This document shows positions 1 to 9,697 of a DNA stretch of 64,000 nt, piece by piece (the first letter of the stretch is position 1; each line of letters starts with the position of its first letter). Location of the stretch: positions 18,820-82,819 of the forward strand of contig DATHDG010000011.1 of the NCBI GenBank assembly GCA_035319125.1, written 5' to 3'. The translations under genes and the position numbers were made by a program. Origin of the DNA: Dissulfurispiraceae bacterium (GTDB taxonomy: Bacteria > Nitrospirota > Thermodesulfovibrionia > Thermodesulfovibrionales > Dissulfurispiraceae). Below the pieces are notes generated by a model that worked only from the letters and a program-made list of their open reading frames with translations, did no database searches and was not told the origin of the DNA.

Positions 1-1182
1 CTCAGGAGTCGAAGAGGGCCCCATCAGCATGCCGTAGCCGCCCGATTCATTAACCGACTTGACCACCATATCCTCAAGATTGCCAAGCACATATTCGCGC
101 TGCTCAGGGTTTGTCATCTGGTAAGTTGTGACATTATCAAGAATGGGAACTTCATGCAGATAATAGCGTATGATATCCGGCACAAAAGGATATACCGCTT
201 TGTCATCAGCTATCCCATTGCCTGGTGCGTTGACAATGGCTACGTTGCCGGCCCGCCAGGCGTTTATGATGCCGGCGACGCCTAGCACTGAATTGGACCG
301 GAACATAAGTGGGTCGAGAAAATCGTCATCTACTCTGCGATAGACCACGTCGACCTGAGAGAGTCCTGTAGTAGTTTTTAGGTAAATTTTGTCATTCTTT
401 GCGACGAGATCGCGACCTTCAGCCAGCTCAACCCCCATCTCTTTCGCCAGGAAAGTGTGCTCGAAGTAAGCAGAATTATAAATGCCCGGCGTAAGCACGA
501 CTATGTTCGCTTGTTCCCTGCCGCGGGGCGATACGGACTGCAGGGCCTGCAGCAGCAACTCAGGATAGTGCTCAACCCTAGCCACCCTGTATTTAGTAAA
601 AAACTCCGGCAAAATTCTGCGTTCGATGACGCGATTTTCTATCATGTATGAAACACCGGAAGGCGTACGCAGATTGTCTTCAAGAACAAGAAACCGTCCG
701 TCTTCGTCCCTGATTATGTCGATGCCGCTGATGTGCGTGTAGATATCGTGAGGAGGGTCGATCCCCATCAGCTCGCGCCTGAAATCTTTGCCCTGGTAAA
801 TATGCTCAATAGGTATCACGCCGTCTTTCAGTATCTTCTGGTCATGGTAGATATCTTTCAGAAAGAGATTAAGCGCGCGCACCCGCTGTTTGAGACCGCG
901 CTCAAGAGTCGCCCATTCTGGAGCTGTTATTATGCGGGGAATCAGATCAAAGGGCCATATCCTTTCGATCCCTTCATCAGAATCACCGTAAACAGTAAAT
1001 GTTACACCTTCTGAATGCAGAGCAAGCTGTGACTCATGGACTTTGGCTTCCAGTGCGCGCTGACCGACCGACTGTATATGCTCCCACAATAGCCTGTAAT
1101 GCTCACGCGGTGTGAATCCGTCCGTGTAGAATTCGTGATAAGAAATCCTCTTCTTGTTCATCACATTATTAATGTCTGTCAT
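1..1182 (-). CDS. circularly permuted type-2 ATP-grasp family protein (N-terminal 394 codons; C-terminus runs off the left window edge)
   Basis: Absent from the ORF track because it is open to the window edge. Reverse-complement reading from ATG (1182-1180) gives MTDINNVMNKKRISYHEFYTDGFTPREHYRLLWEH...AGNVAIVNAPGNGIADDKAVYPFVPDIIRYYL...VKSVNESGGYGM with no stop down to nt 1. The GNGIADDKAVYP.VP..IRYYL block matches my memory of this conserved family. Plus-strand ORFs 457..651 and 733..1014 lie antisense inside it and are taken as spurious. Confidence 0.7.
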   Translation of the reverse strand, partial: MTDINNVMNKKRISYHEFYTDGFTPREHYRLLWEHIQSVGQRALEAKVHESQLALHSEGVTFTVYGDSDEGIERIWPFDLIPRIITAPEWATLERGLKQRVRALNLFLKDIYHDQKILKDGVIPIEHIYQGKDFRRELMGIDPPHDIYTHISGIDIIRDEDGRFLVLEDNLRTPSGVSYMIENRVIERRILPEFFTKYRVARVEHYPELLLQALQSVSPRGREQANIVVLTPGIYNSAYFEHTFLAKEMGVELAEGRDLVAKNDKIYLKTTTGLSQVDVVYRRVDDDFLDPLMFRSNSVLGVAGIINAWRAGNVAIVNAPGNGIADDKAVYPFVPDIIRYYLHEVPILDNVTTYQMTNPEQREYVLGNLEDMVVKSVNESGGYGMLMGPSSTPE

Positions 1183-1578
1183 AGCTCACCAAGATAAAAT
1201 GTTGCGACGGCTGTTTTCTAATGAACACATAAATGCACCCCATCTATTCGCGGTGTTAACATGAATAGTGTTTGCCGGCGCGCACGTCTCTTCTGTGTTT
1301 CTCCATAACCCTCGTCAGATACAGGAGACAGAGTTTTTAAGCCCCCCTCTGTCCCAAGCGCGAGAGGTGACAACTTCATTAGCTTCCCTTGCAAGTCCGA
1401 GTACTAGTGTAGTTTCGCAACTTTCGTACCACCAGCTATCTAATTGATATCTGGAGATAAGTAAATCTTAATGGAATGACAATATTGTATGAGATGACGA
1501 TAATGTAGCTAGCCGTATGACATAATCTATCATTGCAACTTATTACGGCCAGTTATGATTTTCAGATGCAGGCTCTTC

Positions 1579-2589
1579 CTATTGCGCAGTTTTCTTTATG
1601 CCGGATTCCATGAACATCAAGACGAACTGTTCAAATATTTCCCGATGAAAATGATTAAGCATCTCTTCTTTCATTATTCTCAACGCCTCAAATGCAGTCA
1701 GCCTGGCCTTATAGGATCGCTCGGCCGTCAACGCGTCGAATACATCTGCGATGCAGCAGATCCTTCCATACGTATGAATTTCATCACCCATCAGTCTTTT
1801 GGGGTATCCTTTGCCATCCTCTCTTTCATGATGCTGTAAAGCTATGATGCCGCATTCATCCGACAATTGATTGGCTTCTTTAAGCATTAAATAACTTTGG
1901 TAAGGGTGTATTCTGACTTTTTTCATCTCATCTTCCGTAAGCCGTCCCTGTTTATTAATAATAGCCGGATCGACGCGCACTTTTCCGAGGTCGTGCAGAA
2001 AGAACCCGGCTCCCAATTCATGCATATTGTGGCTCTGAGAATTCTTTAAAAGCCGTATTGATAGAAGTATGCCGAGAAATCCCACATTGACCGAATGGAC
2101 ATATGTATAAAAATCATGAGAAGTTATCCGCAGAAGATAAAGGGACGTGTCTTCCTGCAAAAGGACCATATCGACAATGTCGGTTATGGCATGTTTGGCT
2201 TCAGCAATATTCTCCGTCTTCGGGTCGTCTAATAGTCTTCCCATCAGCTCTACCGAGGACCGGTACACCACCTTAGCTTTTCTTTCCGGCGGAAGGGTCA
2301 TATCGTGAATTGCCTCTCTCAAGTCTGAAGGAACAAGACGTTCAGGTTCCCACACTTTTAGCGGAGCTATTTTATTGTCGCTGTGGCCTATTTCCTCAAA
2401 ATTAGCTATGGGAAAGCCTTTATCCGTATCTGTCGAAACTTCATCGAATCCGTGCTTAGAGATCTTTTGAATCTGATCGCGCGATGTAATGTTGAAACTG
2501 TTCCGAGCAAAAGGGTGATTTGACCAGGACTCAGGTATTATTACATGCATCCCGACTTTGAGATCGTTTGTTTTGATCTTAACTATCAT
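1579..2589 (-). CDS. HD-GYP domain protein (c-di-GMP phosphodiesterase family)
   Basis: 336 aa ORF. The C-terminal half carries FFLHDLGK (HD) and HHEREDGKGYP (GYP signature). The N-terminal ~100 aa look like the accessory module that often precedes HD-GYP domains. Confidence 0.85.
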   Translation of the reverse strand: MIVKIKTNDLKVGMHVIIPESWSNHPFARNSFNITSRDQIQKISKHGFDEVSTDTDKGFPIANFEEIGHSDNKIAPLKVWEPERLVPSDLREAIHDMTLPPERKAKVVYRSSVELMGRLLDDPKTENIAEAKHAITDIVDMVLLQEDTSLYLLRITSHDFYTYVHSVNVGFLGILLSIRLLKNSQSHNMHELGAGFFLHDLGKVRVDPAIINKQGRLTEDEMKKVRIHPYQSYLMLKEANQLSDECGIIALQHHEREDGKGYPKRLMGDEIHTYGRICCIADVFDALTAERSYKARLTAFEALRIMKEEMLNHFHREIFEQFVLMFMESGIKKTAQ

Positions 2590-2766
2590 TAATTCCTATT
2601 GTACTACGTTGTTTGGGATCATGAAAATGCCCGCGATATCAATTGCCTGACACAAGGATACAGAATAATATTTTCTCAAACGATATGGAGATAATAACAT
2701 AACCGATATGCTTGCATTCTGAAATGCATAAGATATGCAAGAGGTGATAGCGTCTCCCGTGATCAA

Positions 2767-3042
2767 TTACATTCCTACGGAGAACATGGCATCAAGATCA
2801 TGCCGTGAAAATGCCTTAAACGCCAGCATTGTCTCCGATCTGGTAATAGAATCAATCGTAATCATTTTCTTTGTAACAAGATTTGCAAGATCATCATTTG
2901 ATGGGACTCGCGCTATAGCGATCAAATCATACTTGCCGCTGACCGAATAAACCTCAGATATGCCATCCAATGATGCCAGCTGCTCAGCCACGACATTAAT
3001 CTTTGATCGTTCAACACTTATGAGAATAATCGAAGTAACCAT
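2767..3042 (-). CDS. stand-alone Lrp/AsnC ligand-binding (RAM) domain protein
   Basis: Track ORF is 2767..3066. The internal ATG at 3042 is preceded by a strong SD (AGGAGAGAGGA), giving MVTSIILISVERSKINVVAEQLASLDGISEVYSVSGKYDLIAIARV..., typical of small RAM-domain proteins. Confidence 0.7.
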   Translation of the reverse strand: MVTSIILISVERSKINVVAEQLASLDGISEVYSVSGKYDLIAIARVPSNDDLANLVTKKMITIDSITRSETMLAFKAFSRHDLDAMFSVGM

Positions 3043-3471
3043 GTCCTCTCTCCTGTCGTTAAGCAAGTTAGGCCGCTCTAAATAAATTAGATCGCCATTT
3101 CAGACGTTAACATATTACAAGTATAGCCTTCACATAATAACTGATGTTGCGGTTTCGTTCCATACATTAATCAATCCGGAGAGTGAATCTGATTCATATC
3201 GCAGCTATGTGCCAGCTGTGAGACACTTATTATTTCAAGGTAAGGAAAGTAACGGAGAGGCACTTGAATGCTGGTACGTATTTTATTATGGATTTGCAGT
3301 TGCATTAAGATACTATAAAAAGTTACCATAAACATACTGCATGAAGCTGTCTTGATCTAAAGTTTATCTTCGATTTCCCGAATTTAATAATTTAGAGAGA
3401 GTTGTTTAATTTAAGGCGCTTTTGAAAAAAGCATTTTATGCTTTGTAATGCTATAAGAGGAGGTCCGACTC

Positions 3472-3594
3472 ATGGAAGCTGTAGTACATGTCAACGGCAA
3501 ACCGGTGAAAATCAACGTTCAGAGGCCGGAAGATGCAGCGATTATTCAGAACATGCTTGAAAATCCTGTAATTCTCGGGGAATGCCCATGTTAG
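3472..3594 (+). CDS. small ORF, 40 aa, Cys-Pro-Cys C-terminus (MEAVVHVNGKPVKINVQRPEDAAIIQNMLENPVILGECPC)
   Basis: Below the 60-aa track cut-off. GAGGAGG sits 7 nt upstream of the ATG. A strong rho-independent terminator lies about 30 nt after the TAG stop. Confidence 0.5.
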   Translation: MEAVVHVNGKPVKINVQRPEDAAIIQNMLENPVILGECPC

Positions 3595-3625
3595 TTCGAC
3601 ACCGAACTGAACCGTTAAACTCTTG

Positions 3626-3658
3626 AAAGCCCTTTCAAATATTGAAAGGGCTTTTTTT
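3626..3658 (+). terminator. rho-independent terminator
   Basis: A 12-bp perfect stem AAAGCCCTTTCA / TGAAAGGGCTTT with a 5-nt loop, running into a T7 tract (3652-3658). Confidence 0.8.
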
Positions 3659-3998
3659 ATGGCCAGCATACATATCATTTATTCTGCCTGGAATTGGCAA
3701 ACTGCAAACATTAGATGACCAAAGCATACGGGAGAGCGCTGTCACAAGTAAATTACTTCAGAAAATGTTGAACAGCACGATAATAATATTTAGTCAGACC
3801 AAACATACTATAGACATTCGATCGTAGTAGAGTATTGCTATTTTGTATAATCATACCACCATTTTAAGATGCAAAAATATTAAAGTGCGTGATTGTTTGT
3901 AATTAGATTGATACTGGCCTGATGAATTATTCAGTTTGAATGAAGTCTCATGATGTATTATATAAAGATTGTAACAAATATAATTAAGTGGAGCTAGT

Positions 3999-4331
3999 GT
4001 GCTTATTGAAATAATCATTGACAAGTCTTCCGAGACAATACAAATTGACGAAGCTTTTAAGCTCGATCTGGAAGCCCTGGTCGCACGGTTTGAAAAGTTT
4101 GCAGAGATGCATAATGCTGACATTTCCAGCCTTAACTTTAGAGGGCTCGTGCCTAAAATGGTCAGGGGCATTATGGGCTGCGAGAGAGGGTGTCCAGCAG
4201 ATGCAAAAGATCTTATCTCTAAGGGATATCAAGGATTTAAGCTTCAATATATTGAAGGTGGAATATTAACAGCTAAGGCGGTCGCATCGGATAGCAGGCC
4301 GGTTTCTATTAAAATGTTTCCCGATTTCTAG
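3999..4331 (+). CDS. hypothetical protein, 110 aa (GTG start)
   Basis: ORF with AAGTGGAG upstream of the GTG. It contains GCERGCPAD. I recognise no family. Confidence 0.45.
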   Translation: MLIEIIIDKSSETIQIDEAFKLDLEALVARFEKFAEMHNADISSLNFRGLVPKMVRGIMGCERGCPADAKDLISKGYQGFKLQYIEGGILTAKAVASDSRPVSIKMFPDF

Positions 4332-4460
4332 GTGCATCATTCCTTCTGATTTAATCGACAAAATAAAAGCTGATCATCCAAACTTTCTGCTGCATAAGAA
4401 GTTATTGACGCCTGATATTGCAGACCGTGAGATGCGCTTCAAAGAGCAACTTGATTCAAT

Positions 4461-5312
4461 ATGTGCTATCTTAAAGAAGAACAATTTAATGTTCCTTATG
4501 AAAAAATGAGCCAGCTCAAAAACCCTTTAGAGATCTATAAACTCCTTCCAAAGACGAATTGTGGGCAATGCATGATTCGTACGTGCATGGCATTTGCGGC
4601 TGCTGTATTGATGGGTGAAAAACAAATCACCGATTGCCCATATGTGTCTGCCGATGACCCAAGGCTGATTTCCGCAAATATAATAGCCCATAAATCAATT
4701 GCTCGTAATAGAGAAGAAGTTGTCGCAAGCTTAAGAGAAAGAGTTTCTAAAATGGATTTACTGTCTTCGGCACAAAGCTTAGGAGCAGATATTAGCGGAA
4801 ATAGCCTGGCTATTAAGTGTTTAGGCAAAGATTTCTTAATAGATGCCAATGGCAACATTACCTCCGAGTATCACACTCACTCCTGGATGACATTCATTCT
4901 GCTTGACTACATTATTCATAGCAAAGGCGACAATTTGACAGGACAATGGATCCCCTTCAGAGAGTTAAAAAAAGGCGCAGGGATGAGCCCTCTTTTCGAG
5001 CAGCTTTGCGAAAAACCCCTCAAGCAGATGGCGGATAATTATACAGATCTGTTCAAAGACCTTATATATATCTTTAGCGCTGATAGAACGACTAATATGT
5101 TTTCATCTGATATATCGCTGATTCTATATCCGCTGCCTAGAGTTCCTATGTTGATATGCTACTGGCAACGTGATGGCGATATGGAATCATCCCTTCATGT
5201 CTTTTTTGACTCGAGTGTTGAGAGCCATTTGAGCTTAGATGCAATTCATGCCCTTGGCACCGGGTTGGCTGTTATGTTCGAAAAGGTTGTTTCGAAACAT
5301 AAGACTGCCTGA
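4461..5312 (+). CDS. DUF3786-type protein with N-terminal putative Fe-S cluster motif
   Basis: NPLEIYKLLPKTNCGQCMIRTCMAFAAAV matches the LPKTNCGxCGxxTCxAFA Fe-S motif seen at the N-terminus of DUF3786 and RnfC-like proteins. The true start may be ATG 4506 (MSQLKNPLEIYKLL). Confidence 0.7.
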   Translation: MCYLKEEQFNVPYEKMSQLKNPLEIYKLLPKTNCGQCMIRTCMAFAAAVLMGEKQITDCPYVSADDPRLISANIIAHKSIARNREEVVASLRERVSKMDLLSSAQSLGADISGNSLAIKCLGKDFLIDANGNITSEYHTHSWMTFILLDYIIHSKGDNLTGQWIPFRELKKGAGMSPLFEQLCEKPLKQMADNYTDLFKDLIYIFSADRTTNMFSSDISLILYPLPRVPMLICYWQRDGDMESSLHVFFDSSVESHLSLDAIHALGTGLAVMFEKVVSKHKTA

Positions 5313-5445
5313 AATATAGTGGCTATTTTACTGATAGGCTGTATATTCCGTCTCGCACGCTAATCCTTCAAGAAGCTCGCAATAATCTTTCGCGTATACT
5401 GAAGAATATTTATCTTATCCTCACCATAAATCCAGCGGTGCGATT

Positions 5446-6006
5446 TCAAATCCAGAATTCAGGATATCTTCTGGATTTTGGAATATTGTTGACCAAGAGA
5501 GCTACAAGCAACATAGTCACCACTCCGGCACCCACCGGAACAAGAGCATACAGGTATCCAAGATTATAGACGCTTTGTCCACCTATAACGGCAATTAGCG
5601 CTGTTGCTCCTCCAGGGGGATGTAATGTTTTCGTGGCATGCATGACAGCTAAGGCCGTTGCAACAGCTACCGGAGCTGCAATCCATAGAACCGAACTAAA
5701 TAATTGATATGCCGTAACGCCAATCAAAGCTGAAATAATATGCCCACCGACAAGATTGCGTGGTTGCGCCAGGGGACTCTTTATGGCTCCGTATATCAGT
5801 ACAGCTGAAGCTCCGAAAGATCCAAGCATCATAGTGAATCCGGTCCCTGCGAGCAGCTTGTAACTAATAAGAGATACTGCGCCTATGCCTAAGAACGCGC
5901 CAACCCAAGACCAGAGGATTTCAGTCATCCCAACTGCCGGCGGGCTCTTTGTCATACCAGTCATTTTATTTAGATATCTCACTATCATGCTATGCGTCCT
6001 TGCCAC
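5446..6006 (-). CDS. HPP family membrane protein
   Basis: 186 aa with multiple hydrophobic segments and the eponymous HPPGGATALIAV motif. Confidence 0.85.
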   Translation of the reverse strand: MARTHSMIVRYLNKMTGMTKSPPAVGMTEILWSWVGAFLGIGAVSLISYKLLAGTGFTMMLGSFGASAVLIYGAIKSPLAQPRNLVGGHIISALIGVTAYQLFSSVLWIAAPVAVATALAVMHATKTLHPPGGATALIAVIGGQSVYNLGYLYALVPVGAGVVTMLLVALLVNNIPKSRRYPEFWI

Positions 6007-6619
6007 TAATGTGAGTGAACATTATGTTGGCTGAACGCACAATGTCCGCCCTTGAAATAATGCCAAGAAGCTCACCTCTGTCGTCAACAACAGGAACTCT
6101 GTTTATTTTGTTTAAAGAAAGTATCGAAGAAATCTCACCAACAGTGACATGTGCTTTTACTGTTATAGCCGGCGATGTCATTATGTCCTCAGCCGTTTTT
6201 TTGCTAATTGGAGCTGAAACGCAACTGCCGCCCCTCAGACAGTGTGCAATGACTTCCATAAAGTTCATACTATCTTTTGCCCCCATAACGGCCAAAAAAT
6301 CTTTGCTGGAAATGACCCCGGCTATTCCCCCATTGTCATCCAGAACAGGCACTCCTGAAACTCCCTTCAGGGCCATCAATTCAGCGACTTCACTTAGTAC
6401 TGTATGTCGTCCGACTGTGACTACTTTTTTTGTCATGATATCTACGGCAGTCACTGAATTTACAATTCTTTCATATGCATGGCGAAATGCAAACTTATAT
6501 ATGTGCTTGATATCTTTTGGCGTGATATCAAGATAACCCTGCATATCCTTCATGGCATCATAAATATCATTGTCAGATATATCAATGAAATAATCCTTAT
6601 CCTCACCCATCTTATCCAC
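5990..6619 (-). CDS. CBS domain pair protein
   Basis: 209 aa with two CBS repeats (IMTKKVVTVGRHT...VSGVPVLDDNGGIAGVISSKD and IMTSPAITVKAH...INRVPVVDDRGELLGIISRAD). Its end overlaps the start of the HPP gene. Confidence 0.85.
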   Translation of the reverse strand: MDKMGEDKDYFIDISDNDIYDAMKDMQGYLDITPKDIKHIYKFAFRHAYERIVNSVTAVDIMTKKVVTVGRHTVLSEVAELMALKGVSGVPVLDDNGGIAGVISSKDFLAVMGAKDSMNFMEVIAHCLRGGSCVSAPISKKTAEDIMTSPAITVKAHVTVGEISSILSLNKINRVPVVDDRGELLGIISRADIVRSANIMFTHISGKDA

Positions 6620-6986
6620 TATGTACCTCCAAGGTGCAAGTCTGCATTATTGAAGCAAAGGTAACGTTGCCTTTTTAACCGAGCATATCTTTAATAGCTC
6701 AACGGATCTTTCAATATCCTCAGCGTATTTTCACGCTATCAGTCCTGACCGCATCAAATTGCAGTCTTCATCAAGCGCTTTAGATTAATTGTAACCTTAT
6801 ATTAATTGCCTGAATAGGTGGTCCGGTATGATTTGAGTCATACTCTATGAAATTGTTTTACTGCGGCGCTATAACTGTTTGATAGGCACAATTTTGCAGA
6901 CATGATCATTATGAGTAAATGAACCCATGCAGTGGATGAATTAGGGATATGGAGAAGGTTGCTTGTTTGTGCATAACTGCTTATAT

Positions 6987-7943
6987 TTAAATTCTATGCA
7001 GCGTAAGTGTTTCAAGTTGAGGCAAGATAGCGATAAACGCATCAACCACATTGGGATCAAAATGCTTACCAGCATTCTCCATGATGTGTGATCTCGCTTC
7101 CGCGGGGGAGACCCCTTTCCGGTATGGGCGGTCAGACATTAATGCATCATATACATCAGCAACAGTGATTATCCTTGCCCCTAATGGTATTTCTTCACCC
7201 GCCAATTTATGATATCCGGTTCCATCAAATTGTTCGTGATGATAGATTATGTACGGCAAAATTTGCTTTACTTTTCCACCAACCGGCTCAATCAGCTCGG
7301 CTCCACGCATGGTATGCGTTTGTATCTGCCTGCGCTCATCTTCAGTCAGTCCACCTATTTTCTGCAGAACTTCGTTACTGACTCCCAGCTTGCCGAGATC
7401 ATGAAGCAATGCGGCGGCTCGAATGTTTTCAATTTCAGCATTGTGGCGTTTCATTGCTCTCGCTATCATTACGGCTATTGTAGATACCCTGTTAGAATGG
7501 CTTTGAGTCTCATGATCTACTGAATCAATAATTAAAGACAACATCTCCATTATCCCACTGTAGGTTTTTTTTATTTCCTGGAGGGCCTGCTCTTTTCTGT
7601 CATACAGATGTCCTATGCAATAACCGGTTATTATAAGAAATCCGCCCCAAGTGCCTATGTCAAGCCATTTTAGCAACGGGTCTTTGGATACAATGAGAAA
7701 ATTATCCGGATATCCCAACGACACAAGCGAAATCAGGAGGACTGAAAATGTCGCGGCCAGAGTTGCATATCTCTTGCCAAAATAGAAGGCCCCTATGATT
7801 ACGGGTAGATAGAAGAAGTTTAGAAAAGCACGCTGGTCTGAGACAAAGAAAAAGATAAAACCTGTAATTGCAACCAGAAGAAAAACTATAACAAGCTCTT
7901 TATCAACTCTAAAGTAAGCAGCTATCTTCTTCTTTATTGCCAT
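6987..7943 (-). CDS. membrane-anchored HD-GYP domain protein
   Basis: 318 aa. The N-terminal ~130 aa are hydrophobic (about four TM-like segments). The C-terminal part carries LLHDLGK and HHEQFDGTGYH. Confidence 0.85.
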   Translation of the reverse strand: MAIKKKIAAYFRVDKELVIVFLLVAITGFIFFFVSDQRAFLNFFYLPVIIGAFYFGKRYATLAATFSVLLISLVSLGYPDNFLIVSKDPLLKWLDIGTWGGFLIITGYCIGHLYDRKEQALQEIKKTYSGIMEMLSLIIDSVDHETQSHSNRVSTIAVMIARAMKRHNAEIENIRAAALLHDLGKLGVSNEVLQKIGGLTEDERRQIQTHTMRGAELIEPVGGKVKQILPYIIYHHEQFDGTGYHKLAGEEIPLGARIITVADVYDALMSDRPYRKGVSPAEARSHIMENAGKHFDPNVVDAFIAILPQLETLTLHRI

Positions 7944-8101
7944 GACAAGGATTCCTATCTGGTAGCTTCGATGCTGTGACTATACATGTTTATATTATCG
8001 CCTGCGTTGCAAATTTCTTTACCTTATTGCTGCAATAAATGACTGTCGATTTGAAATTCAATATAACTTTTACGCATCACTTTGCGTGATCCATTTTACA
8101 A

Positions 8102-8446
8102 TTATGAGGCCTTTCGCGACGGAAGGTCATCATCGGCCATCGCACCCGATTCTGTTTGTATAAACTTGATGCCCATCAATTTCTTTTGGTCATCTCTCCA
8201 GACGATCTTGCCCGAAACTGCAGGATCTATGAAATGTATTATCGATCCTATGCCGAGTCTAATGTCACAGTTTATTTTCATTCCGGAAATCGATGCATCA
8301 ACAATCATGGCCCCGAACTTGCGATTACAAAAAATGAATTCCGTATGGGTGCCGGATATAATTCTGGCGTCTCTCCGCCTGCCTTTTTCCTCGTGTTCAC
8401 TGTCGTGGACGAAAAGATCTTTGACCAGACTAAATGGATTTTTCAT
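8102..8446 (-). CDS. PilZ domain protein (c-di-GMP receptor family)
   Basis: 114 aa. RRRDARI and DASISGM fit the RxxxR and (D/N)xSxxG PilZ motifs. Confidence 0.7.
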   Translation of the reverse strand: MKNPFSLVKDLFVHDSEHEEKGRRRDARIISGTHTEFIFCNRKFGAMIVDASISGMKINCDIRLGIGSIIHFIDPAVSGKIVWRDDQKKLMGIKFIQTESGAMADDDLPSRKAS

Positions 8447-9241
8447 ACATGTGCCTCCAGCAGTATTTGTTGAATATCATTATCCCAATCTCACATTAAA
8501 GTGATATTTTCAGTTGTTTTCTCGCCTTTAAAAGTGAACCCTTTATATATCTATTCTCAAATTATAAATTAAAGAAATGGCAGAAAATCACTTTTTATAA
8601 CGATTATGCAATCAATTTGCAAATAACGTGATACCTATCACAAAACTGCGGATCAAAGTAACAATGCCGCTGTACATAACAGCATCCCAATGTCCCACTT
8701 CGCTAAAACCATGCTGCATATTAACTACAAGCCTCCCCTATATCAGCCATGGCAAGTGTTGATGAAAAGCGGTGGGGAAGGTGACGCATTTTATACGATT
8801 GCGCCAATTATTTATCATGTCCGATATTTATTATCTATCGGATGTGAATGGGGGCGACGAGTGGTATTTGGCCACTAAAAGGTTTAACAACCTTTCCCTC
8901 GCACTTGAGGACGTCGCCATGTTTAATGCTACCTTAAACACCAAGTCATAACCATTACCCTTAACGGGTATTTTTGGGGTATATATATACAACTAAAAAC
9001 TGTGAGGCATTACGGCCACTTGAATGGATTATGTGCAAGACGCAAAATGATGATGCGCCCTTTGATAGATTAGTAGTTTTAATCTAAATATTGCAGCAGG
9101 AAATATTAAAATACGCATGAATTGTTATAATCACATTGAGTTTAGCAATGCTTGACCGCTTCACTAATATTGATTGGCGATGCTTACCCTCAATGACTTG
9201 AGGAATTATTAATGAATTGAGACGAAGGAAATAACGAGATC

Positions 9242-9697
9242 ATGAGCTATGTGGATAAGCACCTGTTGAGGGATGAAATGGTTCTGTATCGCACGCAGCT
9301 GCACTGGAAGGTTTATGCTATTCCCGTCATTTGCGCTGCTATAACCCTCGGGATACTTGTAATTGTAATAAATAAGGCTGGATATAGTTATTTTGAAGTG
9401 TTTTTTCTTATTCCGGCTACTGTCCTTTTTATTAGTGCCTATCTAACGCGGTCATCGTCGGAGTTTGCCGTAACTAATAGAAGGGTAATGATGAAGACCG
9501 GCGTCATCCGCACAGCTTCCCTCGAGATTTTATTGAACAAAGTCGAGGCAATATCAGTAAATCAAAATCTTCTTGGGAAAATATTGAATTATGGCGATAT
9601 TGTGATAACCGGAAGTGGTGGTACGAAAGAATTATATAGAGGGATCGAGGGACCACTGGGACTTAGAAACGCTGTACAAGAAGCAACACCGGCATAG
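9242..9697 (+). CDS. bacterial PH (YdbS/YdbT-like) domain membrane protein
   Basis: 151 aa. Two TM segments are followed by SEFAVTNRRVMMKTGVIRTASLEILLNKVEAISVNQNLLGKILNYGDIVI, typical of bPH_2 domains. Confidence 0.7.
   Translation: MSYVDKHLLRDEMVLYRTQLHWKVYAIPVICAAITLGILVIVINKAGYSYFEVFFLIPATVLFISAYLTRSSSEFAVTNRRVMMKTGVIRTASLEILLNKVEAISVNQNLLGKILNYGDIVITGSGGTKELYRGIEGPLGLRNAVQEATPA

Noticed and set aside
3844-3851. Extended -10-like TGTATAAT upstream of ORF 3999
   Set aside because: I found no convincing -35 element at proper spacing, and it lies ~150 nt from the start. AT-rich spacers contain many such hexamers by chance, so I do not report it as a promoter.
5990-6006. CBS and HPP genes as a frameshifted single gene
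   Set aside because: HPP-CBS fusions have the HPP domain first, whereas here the CBS gene is upstream. Both ORFs are complete with plausible starts, so a split by frameshift is not supported.
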